Virus record (IMG/VR): IMGVR_UViG_3300042013_000056
Coordinates: 96,001 to 160,000 of that record
Length of the DNA: 64,000 nucleotides
Reading direction: 5' to 3' (one strand)
DNA from: a virus
Shown here: positions 20,338 to 29,855 of the stretch, one piece after another
Layout: each line of letters begins with the position of its first letter
How positions within the stretch are numbered: the stretch's first letter is position 1
Position numbers and translations under genes: made by a program
Notes under the pieces: generated by a model
What the model saw: the letters and a program-made list of their open reading frames with translations, nothing else
Told to the model about the DNA's origin: nothing
Databases searched by the model: none

Positions 20338-21290
20338 TACTTGAAGTCCATGTTCATCATCAACTGAACACACAGGCATTCCATGTGAATTTCGATGTCT
20401 GGTACAGTGTTGTAGAACTTCTGGTTTTCACCGATGTATTCGATCATTGCAGGGATGTGGCTTGGTTTCACAGCAGAGAACATCGCGTCATACAAAGCCC
20501 GAATAAACGTCGGATAATCAGACGCATATTTTGGGATCAACGCACGAATTTCTTTGAACTGTTTCGCCTTCAAGTGCCCGACCATGACATCAACTTCGGA
20601 CGCGGATGTAACTTGACCAAGAATACCTTCATCGATCACACCTTTCATAGCGTATGATTGCAGATCAACCAACATGGACCGGTTGTCTGGGAAGTGCTTC
20701 TTGACCAGTTCCATAACTACTTGCTTGTTATCAACTTGAACGTTTTCGAGCTTCAAGATTTCCAACAGGCGAATAACCTGACCTTTGATCATCTGGTTCT
20801 TTTCATCGGCTGGAATCACGAACTCTTTAACGTTCATCCGGCTTCTGATTGGCTCAATGATTCGGTTCAGTTGGTTGCATGTCAGAATGAATCGGCAGTT
20901 GCACGAAAATTCTTCAATGATTCCACGGAACGCTTTCTGTGCCGGTTCAGACAAGTTGTCTGCTTCGTCGAGGATCACAACTTTACCAGACCCCATCATA
21001 GATACGGTCGATGCAAACTTGGTGATGTCGGTACGGAATACGTCGATACCAGCTTCGGACGATGCGTTGATGAACAACAAATCCATGTCCATTTCTTCAA
21101 CCATCGCTCTTGCCATGGTTGTTTTGCCAGTACCCGGATTACTCGAACACAAAATCATGTTCTGCAATTCACCAGCCGCAACCAGTTCTTTGAAGTATTC
21201 TTTCAAACTGACAGGCAGGATACTTTCATCAATGGACTTTGGGCGATACTTCAATTCCCAAAGCCATTCGTTAGGGGTTACACTGATCAT
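20337..21290 (-). CDS. gp44: Clamp loader large subunit
   Basis: WELKYRP, PGTGKTT, ILDEAD, IIEPIRSR. Confidence 0.95.
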   Translation of the reverse strand: MISVTPNEWLWELKYRPKSIDESILPVSLKEYFKELVAAGELQNMILCSSNPGTGKTTMARAMVEEMDMDLLFINASSEAGIDVFRTDITKFASTVSMMGSGKVVILDEADNLSEPAQKAFRGIIEEFSCNCRFILTCNQLNRIIEPIRSRMNVKEFVIPADEKNQMIKGQVIRLLEILKLENVQVDNKQVVMELVKKHFPDNRSMLVDLQSYAMKGVIDEGILGQVTSASEVDVMVGHLKAKQFKEIRALIPKYASDYPTFIRALYDAMFSAVKPSHIPAMIEYIGENQKFYNTVPDIEIHMECLCVQLMMNMDFK

Positions 21291-21300
21291 CTTTCACCAA

Positions 21301-21987
21301 TTAAGAAGCGATTTCGATTTTAGTTCCGCTGAACTCACTAGACTTTTCAGCCGCGACAAAGTATTCGATGTCAGATGCAGAGAACCGGCACAGGCAACGA
21401 CTAGAAATCGAAACCTTGTAATCAGCTCGTACCATCTTCAACAGATCGGTTTGAATCTGGAAGTTGTACGTGTTATCCGACAGGTCTTGACCAACGACCA
21501 CACTGAATGCGTTAGCATTAGGGTTCTTCGGGTCAATCGCTTTGAGTACGATATTGTTCTTTTCATCTTTGGTCACAGCCAACATCGGCAGACCCAAAGT
21601 CGAACTTGCTTTCATGATCCGATCAAATGTATCTTTCGGAAGATCAAATTCAACTTCGCCACCGGGGAACTTAACGCGGTTCTTCGGTGAAATGATTACT
21701 TGTTCTTCTGCGTACCCGTAAGAACACTTCGATGCACCACCAGTGATGGTCATGTAATTGGTGTTGAATTCTACATCGGCTTCTTCGAACAGATTGACTG
21801 TAGCAATGAAGTTGTTCAGGTCATAGATACCAAACTGCACCGGGAAATCTTCTGGAACTTTTGCAAATGCTACAACAGTCTTTGCGATGTTCACGGTGCT
21901 GATTTCGTTACCCGGTTTAACGATGATCGACGTGTTGATACCACTAAAATTCTTCAACAGATCGAGGGTGTTTTTGCTAATTTTCAT
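21301..21987 (-). CDS. gp45: Sliding clamp
   Basis: MKISKNTLDLLKNFSGINTS, FGIYDLNNF, synteny. Confidence 0.93.
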   Translation of the reverse strand: MKISKNTLDLLKNFSGINTSIIVKPGNEISTVNIAKTVVAFAKVPEDFPVQFGIYDLNNFIATVNLFEEADVEFNTNYMTITGGASKCSYGYAEEQVIISPKNRVKFPGGEVEFDLPKDTFDRIMKASSTLGLPMLAVTKDEKNNIVLKAIDPKNPNANAFSVVVGQDLSDNTYNFQIQTDLLKMVRADYKVSISSRCLCRFSASDIEYFVAAEKSSEFSGTKIEIAS

Positions 21988-21993
21988 GTTCTA

Positions 21994-22308
21994 TTAGTTA
22001 CTCACAATGTAGCCAGATTCAGTCAAAACGTCGTGGGTGACGCTTTCAAGGACCAGATCAAGCGGTTGTTGATTCGTGGATTGACGCAGTGGACCAAAAC
22101 CTTTCAGTTGAATTACAACAAGGTTTTTATTCAGTTCGCGGAGGGTTTCGAGGTATCGGGTTTTGATTTTTGCATCAATGTCTTGATACAGGGCCAGTCG
22201 GGCCGGTTGTGCGATCAAACTAAATTTCTTCGCTACATCAGCGTCAATCAGGGAAACCCAAGCATTACGCACGTTTACATCATGTTCAACAAGATCACTA
22301 CGATTCAT
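21994..22308 (-). CDS. rpbA: RNA polymerase-binding protein RpbA
   Basis: VRNAWV...PARLALYQDID resembles T4 IRRAWV...PARHAYYEAID; same position beside gp45. Confidence 0.7.
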   Translation of the reverse strand: MNRSDLVEHDVNVRNAWVSLIDADVAKKFSLIAQPARLALYQDIDAKIKTRYLETLRELNKNLVVIQLKGFGPLRQSTNQQPLDLVLESVTHDVLTESGYIVSN

Positions 22309-22347
22309 TACTATATTCTCACAAGGTGGCAGGGGTTTGATGGGATT

Positions 22348-22380
22348 ACTATACCAGCTAAACCCCTGTTTCTAAACATT
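22348..22380 (-). promoter_or_regulatory. Phage promoter AATGTTTA-N19-TAnnnT (rpbA-gp45 operon)
   Basis: AATGTTTA...TATAGT. Confidence 0.78.
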
Positions 22381-24088
22381 AAACAGAAATTTCGATTTCG
22401 GAAAATTTACCGGTCATTCGAACGTCAATGGTTCTATCAAACTCCATAGACTCGATCTTTTCACTGTGACTGATCACATAGATTGAGTCATTGATTTGAT
22501 CCAGAATCTCAACCAAGGCTTCGATTCCGTCTGTGTCGCTTGAGCCGTCCATGACTTCATCCAGTACCAGCACGTTCACGCTACCACCAGAAATCAGTTT
22601 CACCAGATCACGCCATGCGAACAGAATCGCGATGTCAATCCGGTACTTCTGACCTTCGGAAAAACTGTTGTACGTGAAGTTTTCCATACCACGGGTCTTG
22701 ACACTCTCACTGAATTCTGCATCCAGCTCGAACGTGTACATCGCACCCATCTTGGTCAGGTACTCATTGATCAGTTTGTTGATCACAGGAATGTACTGAC
22801 CGATGATCACGGTTTTAACACCAGAATCCTTGAGAATGGCATTGATTGCCGCATAGCAATATTTGTCATTCATCAGTTCCAACCGATGTTCACTGACCTT
22901 GTTCAGCATTTGTTCCAGTTTAATCAGTTGTTGGCTCACGTCTTTGAACTCTTTCTGCTCAAGGGCAGCAATCGAATTCTGTGTCATTTGAATTGCGGAT
23001 TCATAATGACGAACGCTTGATTCATCAACGGCTTTCTGACTCTGGACTTCTTGAATCTTGGTCTTGATTTTCTGATCGCGTGTGCGGTCTACTTCTTTGG
23101 CGTTGATCCCGGTGACCTTTTCATCCAGTCGCAGCCCAACTTCGTCGATACTCATATCCAGTTCGAAGGTTTTCTTCGATTTGAAGGTTGTATCAATCTT
23201 CTGGGTACACACCGGACAGTTATCGTTGTTGGTCAGGAAGTGCAACATCTTTTTGTGTTCTTCGATCTTGGCTTGCAGTTGACCACGTTCCGCATACAAG
23301 GCCGGTAAGGCTGTCTGGTATGAACCATCGCTCAACATAGGTGCTAGCTTACCCAAGACATTAGTGCCCGCCAGAACGTCTGCTAGAGCGCGATCCAGCT
23401 TATGTGCAAGGTCATCCAGCTTGACTTTTTCAGCCTTGATCAATTCGTCAACTTTACCCTTGTCATCAGCCTGTTGTTTTTGCAACATCGACTGTTTTTG
23501 GGTCAGCAGTTGAATGTTATGTTCTGCTTGAACAATATCGCTCTGACAGATTGCATGTCGTTCTTTGTTCTTTGCAGCCATGATGCTAAGCAGTTGGATA
23601 TCCAACAGGTCTTCGATCACTTCACGGCGTTTCGGTGCTGTCAACTGCATGAACGGTGTAAACCCGGCTGTACCAAGAACCACAATTTGCTTGAATGATT
23701 TCAAACTCATTTGGAGAATCTTGTTCTCAAGGTAGTCTTGGTAATCACCGGTACTGGCATCTTCTTCGATCAGTTCAGAATCCTTGCGGATTTCAAATAC
23801 TTTCGGGCCGATGCCGCGTGTTACTTCATATGGAACACCATCGACTTCAAACTCAAGCTTGACCACCATACCCTTTTTGTTAGTGGTGTTCACCAACTGG
23901 GGCATGTTGATGCTTCGATATGGTTTACCGAACATCGCGTAAGTCAAGGCTTCAATCAGGATCGTTGATTTACCTGTACCATTCTTGCCGGTAATCAGGT
24001 TCTTTTTATGTGTGTCAAGCTCAATGATGATTGGAACATTACCAACGCTCATTAGATTCTTGATCGTAATCTTTTTCAGATTGATCAC
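22379..24088 (-). CDS. gp46: Recombination endonuclease, SMC-like subunit
   Basis: GKNGTGKS, CPVC hook, FSEGQK, VLDEVMD. Confidence 0.95.
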   Translation of the reverse strand: MINLKKITIKNLMSVGNVPIIIELDTHKKNLITGKNGTGKSTILIEALTYAMFGKPYRSINMPQLVNTTNKKGMVVKLEFEVDGVPYEVTRGIGPKVFEIRKDSELIEEDASTGDYQDYLENKILQMSLKSFKQIVVLGTAGFTPFMQLTAPKRREVIEDLLDIQLLSIMAAKNKERHAICQSDIVQAEHNIQLLTQKQSMLQKQQADDKGKVDELIKAEKVKLDDLAHKLDRALADVLAGTNVLGKLAPMLSDGSYQTALPALYAERGQLQAKIEEHKKMLHFLTNNDNCPVCTQKIDTTFKSKKTFELDMSIDEVGLRLDEKVTGINAKEVDRTRDQKIKTKIQEVQSQKAVDESSVRHYESAIQMTQNSIAALEQKEFKDVSQQLIKLEQMLNKVSEHRLELMNDKYCYAAINAILKDSGVKTVIIGQYIPVINKLINEYLTKMGAMYTFELDAEFSESVKTRGMENFTYNSFSEGQKYRIDIAILFAWRDLVKLISGGSVNVLVLDEVMDGSSDTDGIEALVEILDQINDSIYVISHSEKIESMEFDRTIDVRMTGKFSEIEISV

Positions 24089-25122
24089 TGTGTTTCAGCC
24101 TCGCGGTATAAGTCCAGAATGAATCGTTTGATTTTCTTCCGATCTTCATCGGTTTCTTCCAAGGTATCAACGTATTCATCAATGATGTCAGCCGTGGTCA
24201 ACATGTTATTGAGTGACACAGTTGCAGCCACACCATTACCGGAATCCAACACATCTTTTACTTTGACTTCTTTGGCAATAAGAATCAGCTTATCAATCAG
24301 CTTATCGAATTTCTTGGTGTCGCCTCGGGATTTGACTTGAATGTTCAAGTTCATTCCTTTGTATCGATCCAAGTTCTTTTCATCAAATGTTTCATGATCG
24401 TAGTAGATGCGCGAAAATCGCGGCATGTTGTTGTTATGGAACTCGAACTTACCGTCATCTGTATCATAAACCCAGACACCACGATCATCATCCGCATCAC
24501 CAAACGTCAATTGGTATGGAGTACCAACGTACAGGATATGGTTTGCTTTTGAGATTGTATGGAAGTGACCCGACCAAACTTGACTGTAATTTGCCAAGAA
24601 GTGTGCGTCTTCGCCCTGTGATGCCATACCACGGTAATACTGGAACCCAGCCAACTCAAAGTGACCAACTGCAATGTTCCGGTCGCTGTTAGCGATGAAC
24701 TCAAGGACTTGTTTGCGGTTGTCCCGGCAAATCCACGGAATCATGTCGATTCGAATTCCATCAATCTCAAGGACGCCCGGTTCGTTGTAGATCGTGAAGT
24801 TGTCGTACCCTGCCAGCAACTCGTTACACGAATTGGGGAAGATCGATTCTTTCAAGTGCATATCGTGGTTACCCACCAGCACATGCCATTCTTGACCCTT
24901 GGTCTTGGGGATCAGTTTTTCCCGTACAAGTTCCATGGTGTCATGTCGAATAGCTTTGCGAGCATCAAAGAAGTCGCCGGTTTGAATAACGTGTTTGATT
25001 CCGAGTTTGGACATCAACGGGAAAATGAATTCATCAAAAACCCGTATTTGATATTCGGCGGTTTCTCGGTCGCCACTTCGGTGACCCAAATGTTGGTCAC
25101 CGATAACCATCAGTTTTGCCAT
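24085..25122 (-). CDS. gp47: Recombination endonuclease, nuclease subunit
   Basis: GDQHLG, GDFFD, GNHD, GHFH, GTPYQLT. Confidence 0.95.
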   Translation of the reverse strand: MAKLMVIGDQHLGHRSGDRETAEYQIRVFDEFIFPLMSKLGIKHVIQTGDFFDARKAIRHDTMELVREKLIPKTKGQEWHVLVGNHDMHLKESIFPNSCNELLAGYDNFTIYNEPGVLEIDGIRIDMIPWICRDNRKQVLEFIANSDRNIAVGHFELAGFQYYRGMASQGEDAHFLANYSQVWSGHFHTISKANHILYVGTPYQLTFGDADDDRGVWVYDTDDGKFEFHNNNMPRFSRIYYDHETFDEKNLDRYKGMNLNIQVKSRGDTKKFDKLIDKLILIAKEVKVKDVLDSGNGVAATVSLNNMLTTADIIDEYVDTLEETDEDRKKIKRFILDLYREAETQ

Positions 25123-25619
25123 TAATCAATAAATTCCGCTAAACCACCTTCCTCTACAGGTTCAAGTGGCACAATTTTTTTACCCGGTGCTTCTTTCAAC
25201 TTTTCACCGATATCTTTAAAGAACGAATAATCAATCTGGATGGCGTTTCCGTCATCGTCGAATTCTTCAAGGTCGGGGATAGCTTGCAGGTAGTATTTGT
25301 ACTTGATACGGGTTTGCTTGTTTTCTTTCTTTAAACGGTTTACACAAGCCCGTTCACATATCCGAGTGATATATGCATGGACGTTAGTGTATTGGGTGTT
25401 GTATTTGTGAAGATATCTGGCACAGACTTCAATCGCGTCCAACGCCATTTCATCACGCCATGTGTAGTTCTGGAAGTTCCAGCGCTTGACGAGATTATTA
25501 GCAATCAGGATTACCGACTTTGCGGTGTAATCGCCCATCTTTGCGACGGGGTTTGTTTCACGACGTTTATGCCATTCGACAATATCTTCGTACAACAGTT
25601 TATTGTCAACGTACATCAT
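25122..25619 (-). CDS. gp55: Late-transcription sigma factor
   Basis: YVDNKLLY, IANNL..RWNFQNYTWRDEM, AYITRIC, RLKKE. Confidence 0.9.
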   Translation of the reverse strand: MMYVDNKLLYEDIVEWHKRRETNPVAKMGDYTAKSVILIANNLVKRWNFQNYTWRDEMALDAIEVCARYLHKYNTQYTNVHAYITRICERACVNRLKKENKQTRIKYKYYLQAIPDLEEFDDDGNAIQIDYSFFKDIGEKLKEAPGKKIVPLEPVEEGGLAEFID

Positions 25620-25638
25620 TTCTCCTACTGGTCAGACT

Positions 25639-25671
25639 ATTCTACCAGTGTTTGTATCAAATATAAACATT
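25639..25671 (-). promoter_or_regulatory. Phage promoter AATGTTTA-N19-TAnnnT (gp55 operon)
   Basis: AATGTTTA...TAGAAT. Confidence 0.78.
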
Positions 25672-25683
25672 CCCCAGAAATGC

Positions 25684-25720
25684 AAAAGGCCACTCATCGA
25701 TTAAAATGAGTGGCCTTTTT
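25684..25720. terminator. Bidirectional intrinsic terminator
   Basis: aaaaggccactcat...atgagtggcctttt. Confidence 0.8.
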
Positions 25721-25726
25721 GGTGCG

Positions 25727-26002
25727 TCAAGCGCTACTGGATTTCTTGTAAATCTCAAAGTTCTTATAGAACTCGTCGATGATCATATCAAACGTACCAA
25801 AGAACTCTTTGGTTTTTGCATCAAAGGTTCTAAGCCGCATGTTCTGTGTCTCGATGGATAGCGTCAACACCTGAGCCAGCAATCGGTTTGATCCAACCAC
25901 TACACGCTCATAAGTGCCGTCATCCCGTTTGATATATTCCAAAACGTCTCTATCAAACTCGAACCAGTATGGAGAATCAATTCTCCCATTTGTATTAATC
26001 AT
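25727..26002 (-). CDS. Hypothetical protein
   Basis: 91 aa ORF followed by a terminator. Confidence 0.55.
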   Translation of the reverse strand: MINTNGRIDSPYWFEFDRDVLEYIKRDDGTYERVVVGSNRLLAQVLTLSIETQNMRLRTFDAKTKEFFGTFDMIIDEFYKNFEIYKKSSSA

Positions 26003-26432
26003 GCAACGTTACGATCTTACCAGCCCTGATATCAACTCTACCGTCACCGACAACCACCATTTGATAGCGTGAGTCCGGTAGTTCCCTCAGTTCTTTCCAA
26101 CAGGAACCCCAAGGCCCGGTGATAAGCAGGGTACGGCATCCGTCACTTTTGGTGATACGATGATACTCATTCTTTGGAATGTATATCAAACGGCGTCTGT
26201 TTCGATCAAGTCGGACGACCTTACCACCATCCTGCACGATTTCTTCAACATAATTGCCCTTGAGCAAAACGCTGATCGCACCAAATGCATGGGTATGGTA
26301 TCGGTCTTGACACCCGGTTGATTTATGGAAATGGAACAGTTTGATACTGAACAGTTTCTTCCATTCCAACAGCGTGATTTCAGTTATTGGTTGATCACCT
26401 TGATTGATTAGTTTCTTCTTGAGAAATATCAT
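25995..26432 (-). CDS. Cupin-like hypothetical protein
   Basis: HTH...GNYVEE...HRI pattern; true start MIFLK at 26432 (the longer ORF overlaps two tRNAs). Confidence 0.6.
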   Translation of the reverse strand: MIFLKKKLINQGDQPITEITLLEWKKLFSIKLFHFHKSTGCQDRYHTHAFGAISVLLKGNYVEEIVQDGGKVVRLDRNRRRLIYIPKNEYHRITKSDGCRTLLITGPWGSCWKELRELPDSRYQMVVVGDGRVDIRAGKIVTLHD

Positions 26433-26446
26433 TTGGTAACCATAAT

Positions 26447-26532
26447 TGGTGCCGATGGTGGGATTCGAACCCACGATCCCTTCCGGGCGCCACTTTTTGA
26501 GAATGGTGTGTATGCCACTCCACCACATCGGC
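26447..26532 (-). tRNA. tRNA-Leu(CAA)
   Basis: Cloverleaf, loop CTCAAAA, long variable arm, CCA. Confidence 0.92.
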
Positions 26533-26539
26533 TTGAAAT

Positions 26540-26617
26540 TGGAAGGACGGGTCGGATTTGAACCGACGGGTTTACGGATTTGCAATCCGGTGCATTGGGC
26601 CTCTCTGCCACCGCCCC
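26540..26617 (-). tRNA. tRNA-Cys(GCA)
   Basis: Loop TTGCAAA, U73, CCA. Confidence 0.9.
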
Positions 26618-26625
26618 TTTGTTAT

Positions 26626-27009
26626 TTAGTGTGAGTTGACAAGAATCTTCAACACATCACGCGCTTTTTTGTATTCACCCAGCTTGATCAAACGGGCTGC
26701 TGTTCGTTCAAGTTCAACGATTGCAGCATCCCTTGGGGTTTCCACCGGCTCGATATTCGCAATCAGTGTCGGTGTACCCAGCTTGATCATGACGTTGCTA
26801 GTGAGGAAACGAAATTTAATATCCGACTGAGAATCAAGCACCAAGTATGACGCTCGACGACCGTTCAGTTCGTAGGTCAGCCAATCGGCTACATCTTTTG
26901 ATTCTTTCAGACTACATCCGGTTTGTTCCCGGAAATCTTTGATCCAATTGATTTTACGATCCGCTACGAACAAGCCGGTTGGGCCGAATGTGGAAACCTT
27001 AAATTTCAT
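26626..27009 (-). CDS. Protein with ribosomal bL12 (L7/L12) C-terminal-like motif
   Basis: KINWIKDFREQTGCSLKESKD matches the bL12 CTD pattern [21 protein letters not shown]. Confidence 0.6.
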   Translation of the reverse strand: MKFKVSTFGPTGLFVADRKINWIKDFREQTGCSLKESKDVADWLTYELNGRRASYLVLDSQSDIKFRFLTSNVMIKLGTPTLIANIEPVETPRDAAIVELERTAARLIKLGEYKKARDVLKILVNSH

Positions 27010-27016
27010 CTAATTC

Positions 27017-27409
27017 TCACTTGTTAGTTAGTACCGCATAAGCTCGAACCACACCAAACAACACATACTTGATAACAGGGTTCACTTTGGAAACACCCAT
27101 TGCTTCAAGGAAGATGTAATCACCTTCTTTACGTGTACAAGTTCTGGTCGAACCATCTTTCAATGTAATGGTTTTGTAGTCGCACAGATAGTCGTGAACA
27201 ACAGCAGCTTTACCATAAGTTCCTGTTGGTGGAAATAACCACTTGAACCCTTTGGTTGTTGCAAAATCGGTCACAAATCCTTTTGGAACAATAACGCGGT
27301 CATCGCCTTCCAATTCTCCAATCACATACGTGAATTGTTTGTTGAGAATCCAAAGAGTCATTGCATCATTGAACGGCGAAACTTCTAGTACATCTGTATA
27401 GCTGCTCAT
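27017..27409 (-). CDS. DUF1353 family protein
   Basis: VPKGFVTDFA, YGKAAVVHDYL, GDYIFLEAM. Confidence 0.85.
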   Translation of the reverse strand: MSSYTDVLEVSPFNDAMTLWILNKQFTYVIGELEGDDRVIVPKGFVTDFATTKGFKWLFPPTGTYGKAAVVHDYLCDYKTITLKDGSTRTCTRKEGDYIFLEAMGVSKVNPVIKYVLFGVVRAYAVLTNK

Positions 27410-27420
27410 CTGTTTTGTCC

Positions 27421-27753
27421 TTATAGACGTTCGAGGAAAATTTCTTCCTGATGCCTATGCAGACCATCCGTGTATAAATCAGCAAGCTCCTTTCTCAATG
27501 CGACTCGCAGCACGATATCTTTCGACGTGCCAACAATTGCATATGCAGCCCGCGACTTTTGATCAGCGGTCAGCTTGTTACCACGAATGAATTGCAGTTT
27601 GATACATTCCATATTCGGAAAGTATTTTTCAACGATCCATTCCATCAAACTTCGACTGAATGAAACGCGATGCAATTTGTTGGTTGCTGGGTCAAAGACA
27701 CCATAAACCAGATCGGAGGATTTGCAGTTACAACTAATGTTCTACACTTTCAT
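27421..27753 (-). CDS. Hypothetical late protein with in-frame TAG at codon 4 (readthrough candidate or pseudogene)
   Basis: CTAAATA-AGG-N7-ATG AAA GTG TAG AAC... continues in frame into the tracked 27421..27675 ORF. Confidence 0.6.
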
Positions 27754-27771
27754 CGGTATTACCTTATTTAG

Positions 27772-28029
27772 TTACCATCTTGAATATGCAAGTTCACATG
27801 ATTGCGACCCTGCAACTAAGCGTTGATTTTTAATCAACACACAAATATCGGCTCTGGTGAACTTGTACGGCAAGATAGGTGATGACATATGGTCAGGTCG
27901 GTGGACCCACATTTCAACCATGTCAGAATCAACCGTATGCCACGACAGTTCACGCACACTACCATTGATAAGAAACATACCATTACAACGTCGCAACAGT
28001 ATGTCTATCAGTTCATTCATCGGGATCAT
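27772..28029 (-). CDS. Hypothetical protein
   Basis: ATGA overlap with the Seg gene stop gives start MIPMNE. Confidence 0.55.
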   Translation of the reverse strand: MIPMNELIDILLRRCNGMFLINGSVRELSWHTVDSDMVEMWVHRPDHMSSPILPYKFTRADICVLIKNQRLVAGSQSCELAYSRW

Positions 28030-28694
28030 TGAATTACCATCTTTCGCCCAAGTACCCACCCAGACGGCTCATATTCACCGAGTGTTGCTTTCGGTATCTT
28101 TTTATTGCCTAGGGTTGGGTGTGTTATCCAACAAGTTCCATATTGACTATTATCGGATGGCTTAGTATGTCTCGCACGCGCTTTTTCAGAAATCAACCGT
28201 TTGGTTTCTTCACGATGTGTTTTACCAGTCCAGTCATAGTCAATCTTCTGCGTATCACCAACATGGCGGAGTTTCTTTGCTTCTCGGAATCTTTCTTTAT
28301 TTGCGTCCGTGCTAGACCTAGCTCTGATCACTTTGGTCACAGCACCCCGATACTCAGGGTTTTCCCAATTCCGTTTAGCAATCTCCGATGACTGCCCACC
28401 TTCACCACCAAGCTTTAAATTCAAGCATTGTGGATCGGTTAACGTTTCTGGGTTGACTAGCTCTGATTCTCTCAAAGCCAATTCATCCCTTGATTCATGA
28501 TATTCCAAAATCTCAACACTATGGTTTTCCAGCCCATGTTTTCGAATCGAATATCGCAATCGTTTACCAGACCCAACATAACCATCGTTTAAATCGTCGG
28601 TTGAGTGCATACCGATGTAATATCGGTTTGATACAAGACATGTGGTCTTGTAGATGTAGTGAAATTTTCGTTTCTCTACTCGAACGTAAGTCAT
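28026..28694 (-). mobile_element. Seg-like GIY-YIG homing endonuclease
   Basis: YIYKTTCLVSNRYYIGMH...GYVGSG; NUMOD3-like GKTHREETKRLIS; perfect TATAAATA upstream. Confidence 0.88.
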
Positions 28695-28728
28695 TTTTGC
28701 ATACCTGTATTTTGTTCATGAACACAGG

Positions 28729-28736
28729 TATTTATA
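28729..28736 (-). promoter_or_regulatory. T4-type late promoter TATAAATA
   Basis: Exact consensus upstream of the Seg endonuclease. Confidence 0.75.
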
Positions 28737-28761
28737 TCAATTGATATGCAAAAATGGTCAA

Positions 28762-28837
28762 TGGTGCAGCCAACGGGACTCGAACCCGTGCTTGGAGAAT
28801 TTAGAGTTCCCTGCCTTGCCAACTTGGCTATGGCTGC
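28762..28837 (-). tRNA. Amber suppressor tRNA (CTA)
   Basis: Canonical cloverleaf, GGGAA-CTCTAAA-TTCTC, TTCGAGT T-loop, CCA. Confidence 0.9.
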
Positions 28838-28844
28838 TTTAATT

Positions 28845-28921
28845 TGGTGTGGCTGGTGGGAGTCGAACCCAACATCACCGGTGTCACAAACCAGTATTCT
28901 AACCATTAAACTACAACCACC
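28845..28921 (-). tRNA. tRNA-His(GTG)
   Basis: Loop TTGTGAC, G-1 available, CCA. Confidence 0.88.
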
Positions 28922-28964
28922 ATCAAGCGTTGTTTGTGCTGCGTTGTTGCTGTGACGTGAAACA

Positions 28965-28997
28965 ATATTAGCACCAGTTCTGTTCGAAATAAACATT
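28965..28997 (-). promoter_or_regulatory. Phage promoter (His/amber tRNAs)
   Basis: AATGTTTA...TAATAT. Confidence 0.75.
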
Positions 28998-29197
28998 CAT
29001 TCGTACAATTTTAGTGCTTCCTGCAATTCTCTTACCAGAGCCTCGGCTTTGTTAGCCCGCAAAGCCCACTGATGTCTGCTTAGAACCGTGCATGGAAGGC
29101 ATTCTGTAGGGCACCCCACTTCAAGCATTCTACCCGGCACACCAGCTTCTGGGTGAGGGTTCACCGACATCGGGAACCCGCATTTGTAACAGATCAA
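28997..29197 (-). CDS. Hypothetical Cys-rich protein
   Basis: 66 aa ORF. Confidence 0.5.
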   Translation of the reverse strand: MICYKCGFPMSVNPHPEAGVPGRMLEVGCPTECLPCTVLSRHQWALRANKAEALVRELQEALKLYE

Positions 29198-29352
29198 TCT
29201 AGGATGCTGCCTACAAGGTCACCCACGCCGTCTAAGATCGACCACCATACAAACGCATCAACTGCATCACCGGCAACCTGTGCGGCGTTCACGTTGGACG
29301 TGGTAGGCTTCTGTTTGACCTTCGGTTCTTCTTTCTTTTCAGGTTCTGTCAT
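29194..29352 (-). CDS. Small hypothetical protein (52 aa)
   Basis: Manual translation MTEPEKKEEPKVKQKP...GSILD*, with overlaps at both ends. Confidence 0.5.
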   Translation of the reverse strand: MTEPEKKEEPKVKQKPTTSNVNAAQVAGDAVDAFVWWSILDGVGDLVGSILD

Positions 29353-29855
29353 TTGCCTGTCCACGATGGGTCAATGTCATCGCCGTATTCTTCAACGATC
29401 ACGATCTTTCTGTCTGATATAAAGGACGTTGGCCCAAGCTCGATTTTCATATCACCGATGTCATACGACAGGGTGATGTGTGGAATGAAGCTAGGATGAT
29501 CCCACGTACCGCCGTGTTCTTTCATCAACTCACTATGACGGTTTGATAGAAAGCTACTTTCATATGCCAGTACCAATGCGTTCTTCCCGGATGCCGTCTT
29601 GAACACCTTTAAATCAAACTGATTTGTGTCTGAGGTTGGTGTGGTCAGGTACATCCCGAATGGAACATAATTTGGTAGGGGTTTACGACTATACAGCAAT
29701 GTGCTATGGAATTTTGCCGGATCAAGTCGATTCGGAAGATTCAGCATGTCTTGCATGATCATCAAATCACGCACCGTTAATGGATCAAAACGCACCCCGG
29801 CGTATGTTCCATGAATCCCTTCCATCAGGAAGGGAAGCATATCTCTAAAATTCAA
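29349..29855 (-). CDS. acb1: gp57B / Acb1 2H phosphoesterase (anti-CBASS nuclease family)
   Basis: FHSTLLYSR and PHITLSY (two HxT motifs); aligns by eye to T4 gp57B IHSTICYSR / PHITLSY. Confidence 0.85.
   Translation of the reverse strand: MNFRDMLPFLMEGIHGTYAGVRFDPLTVRDLMIMQDMLNLPNRLDPAKFHSTLLYSRKPLPNYVPFGMYLTTPTSDTNQFDLKVFKTASGKNALVLAYESSFLSNRHSELMKEHGGTWDHPSFIPHITLSYDIGDMKIELGPTSFISDRKIVIVEEYGDDIDPSWTGK

Noticed and set aside
25995-26585. Long N-terminal extensions in the ORF track (also 44100-44486, 44670-44990, 40238-40570, 15828-17111)
   Set aside because: They run through tRNA genes or the adjacent gene; downstream starts fit better.
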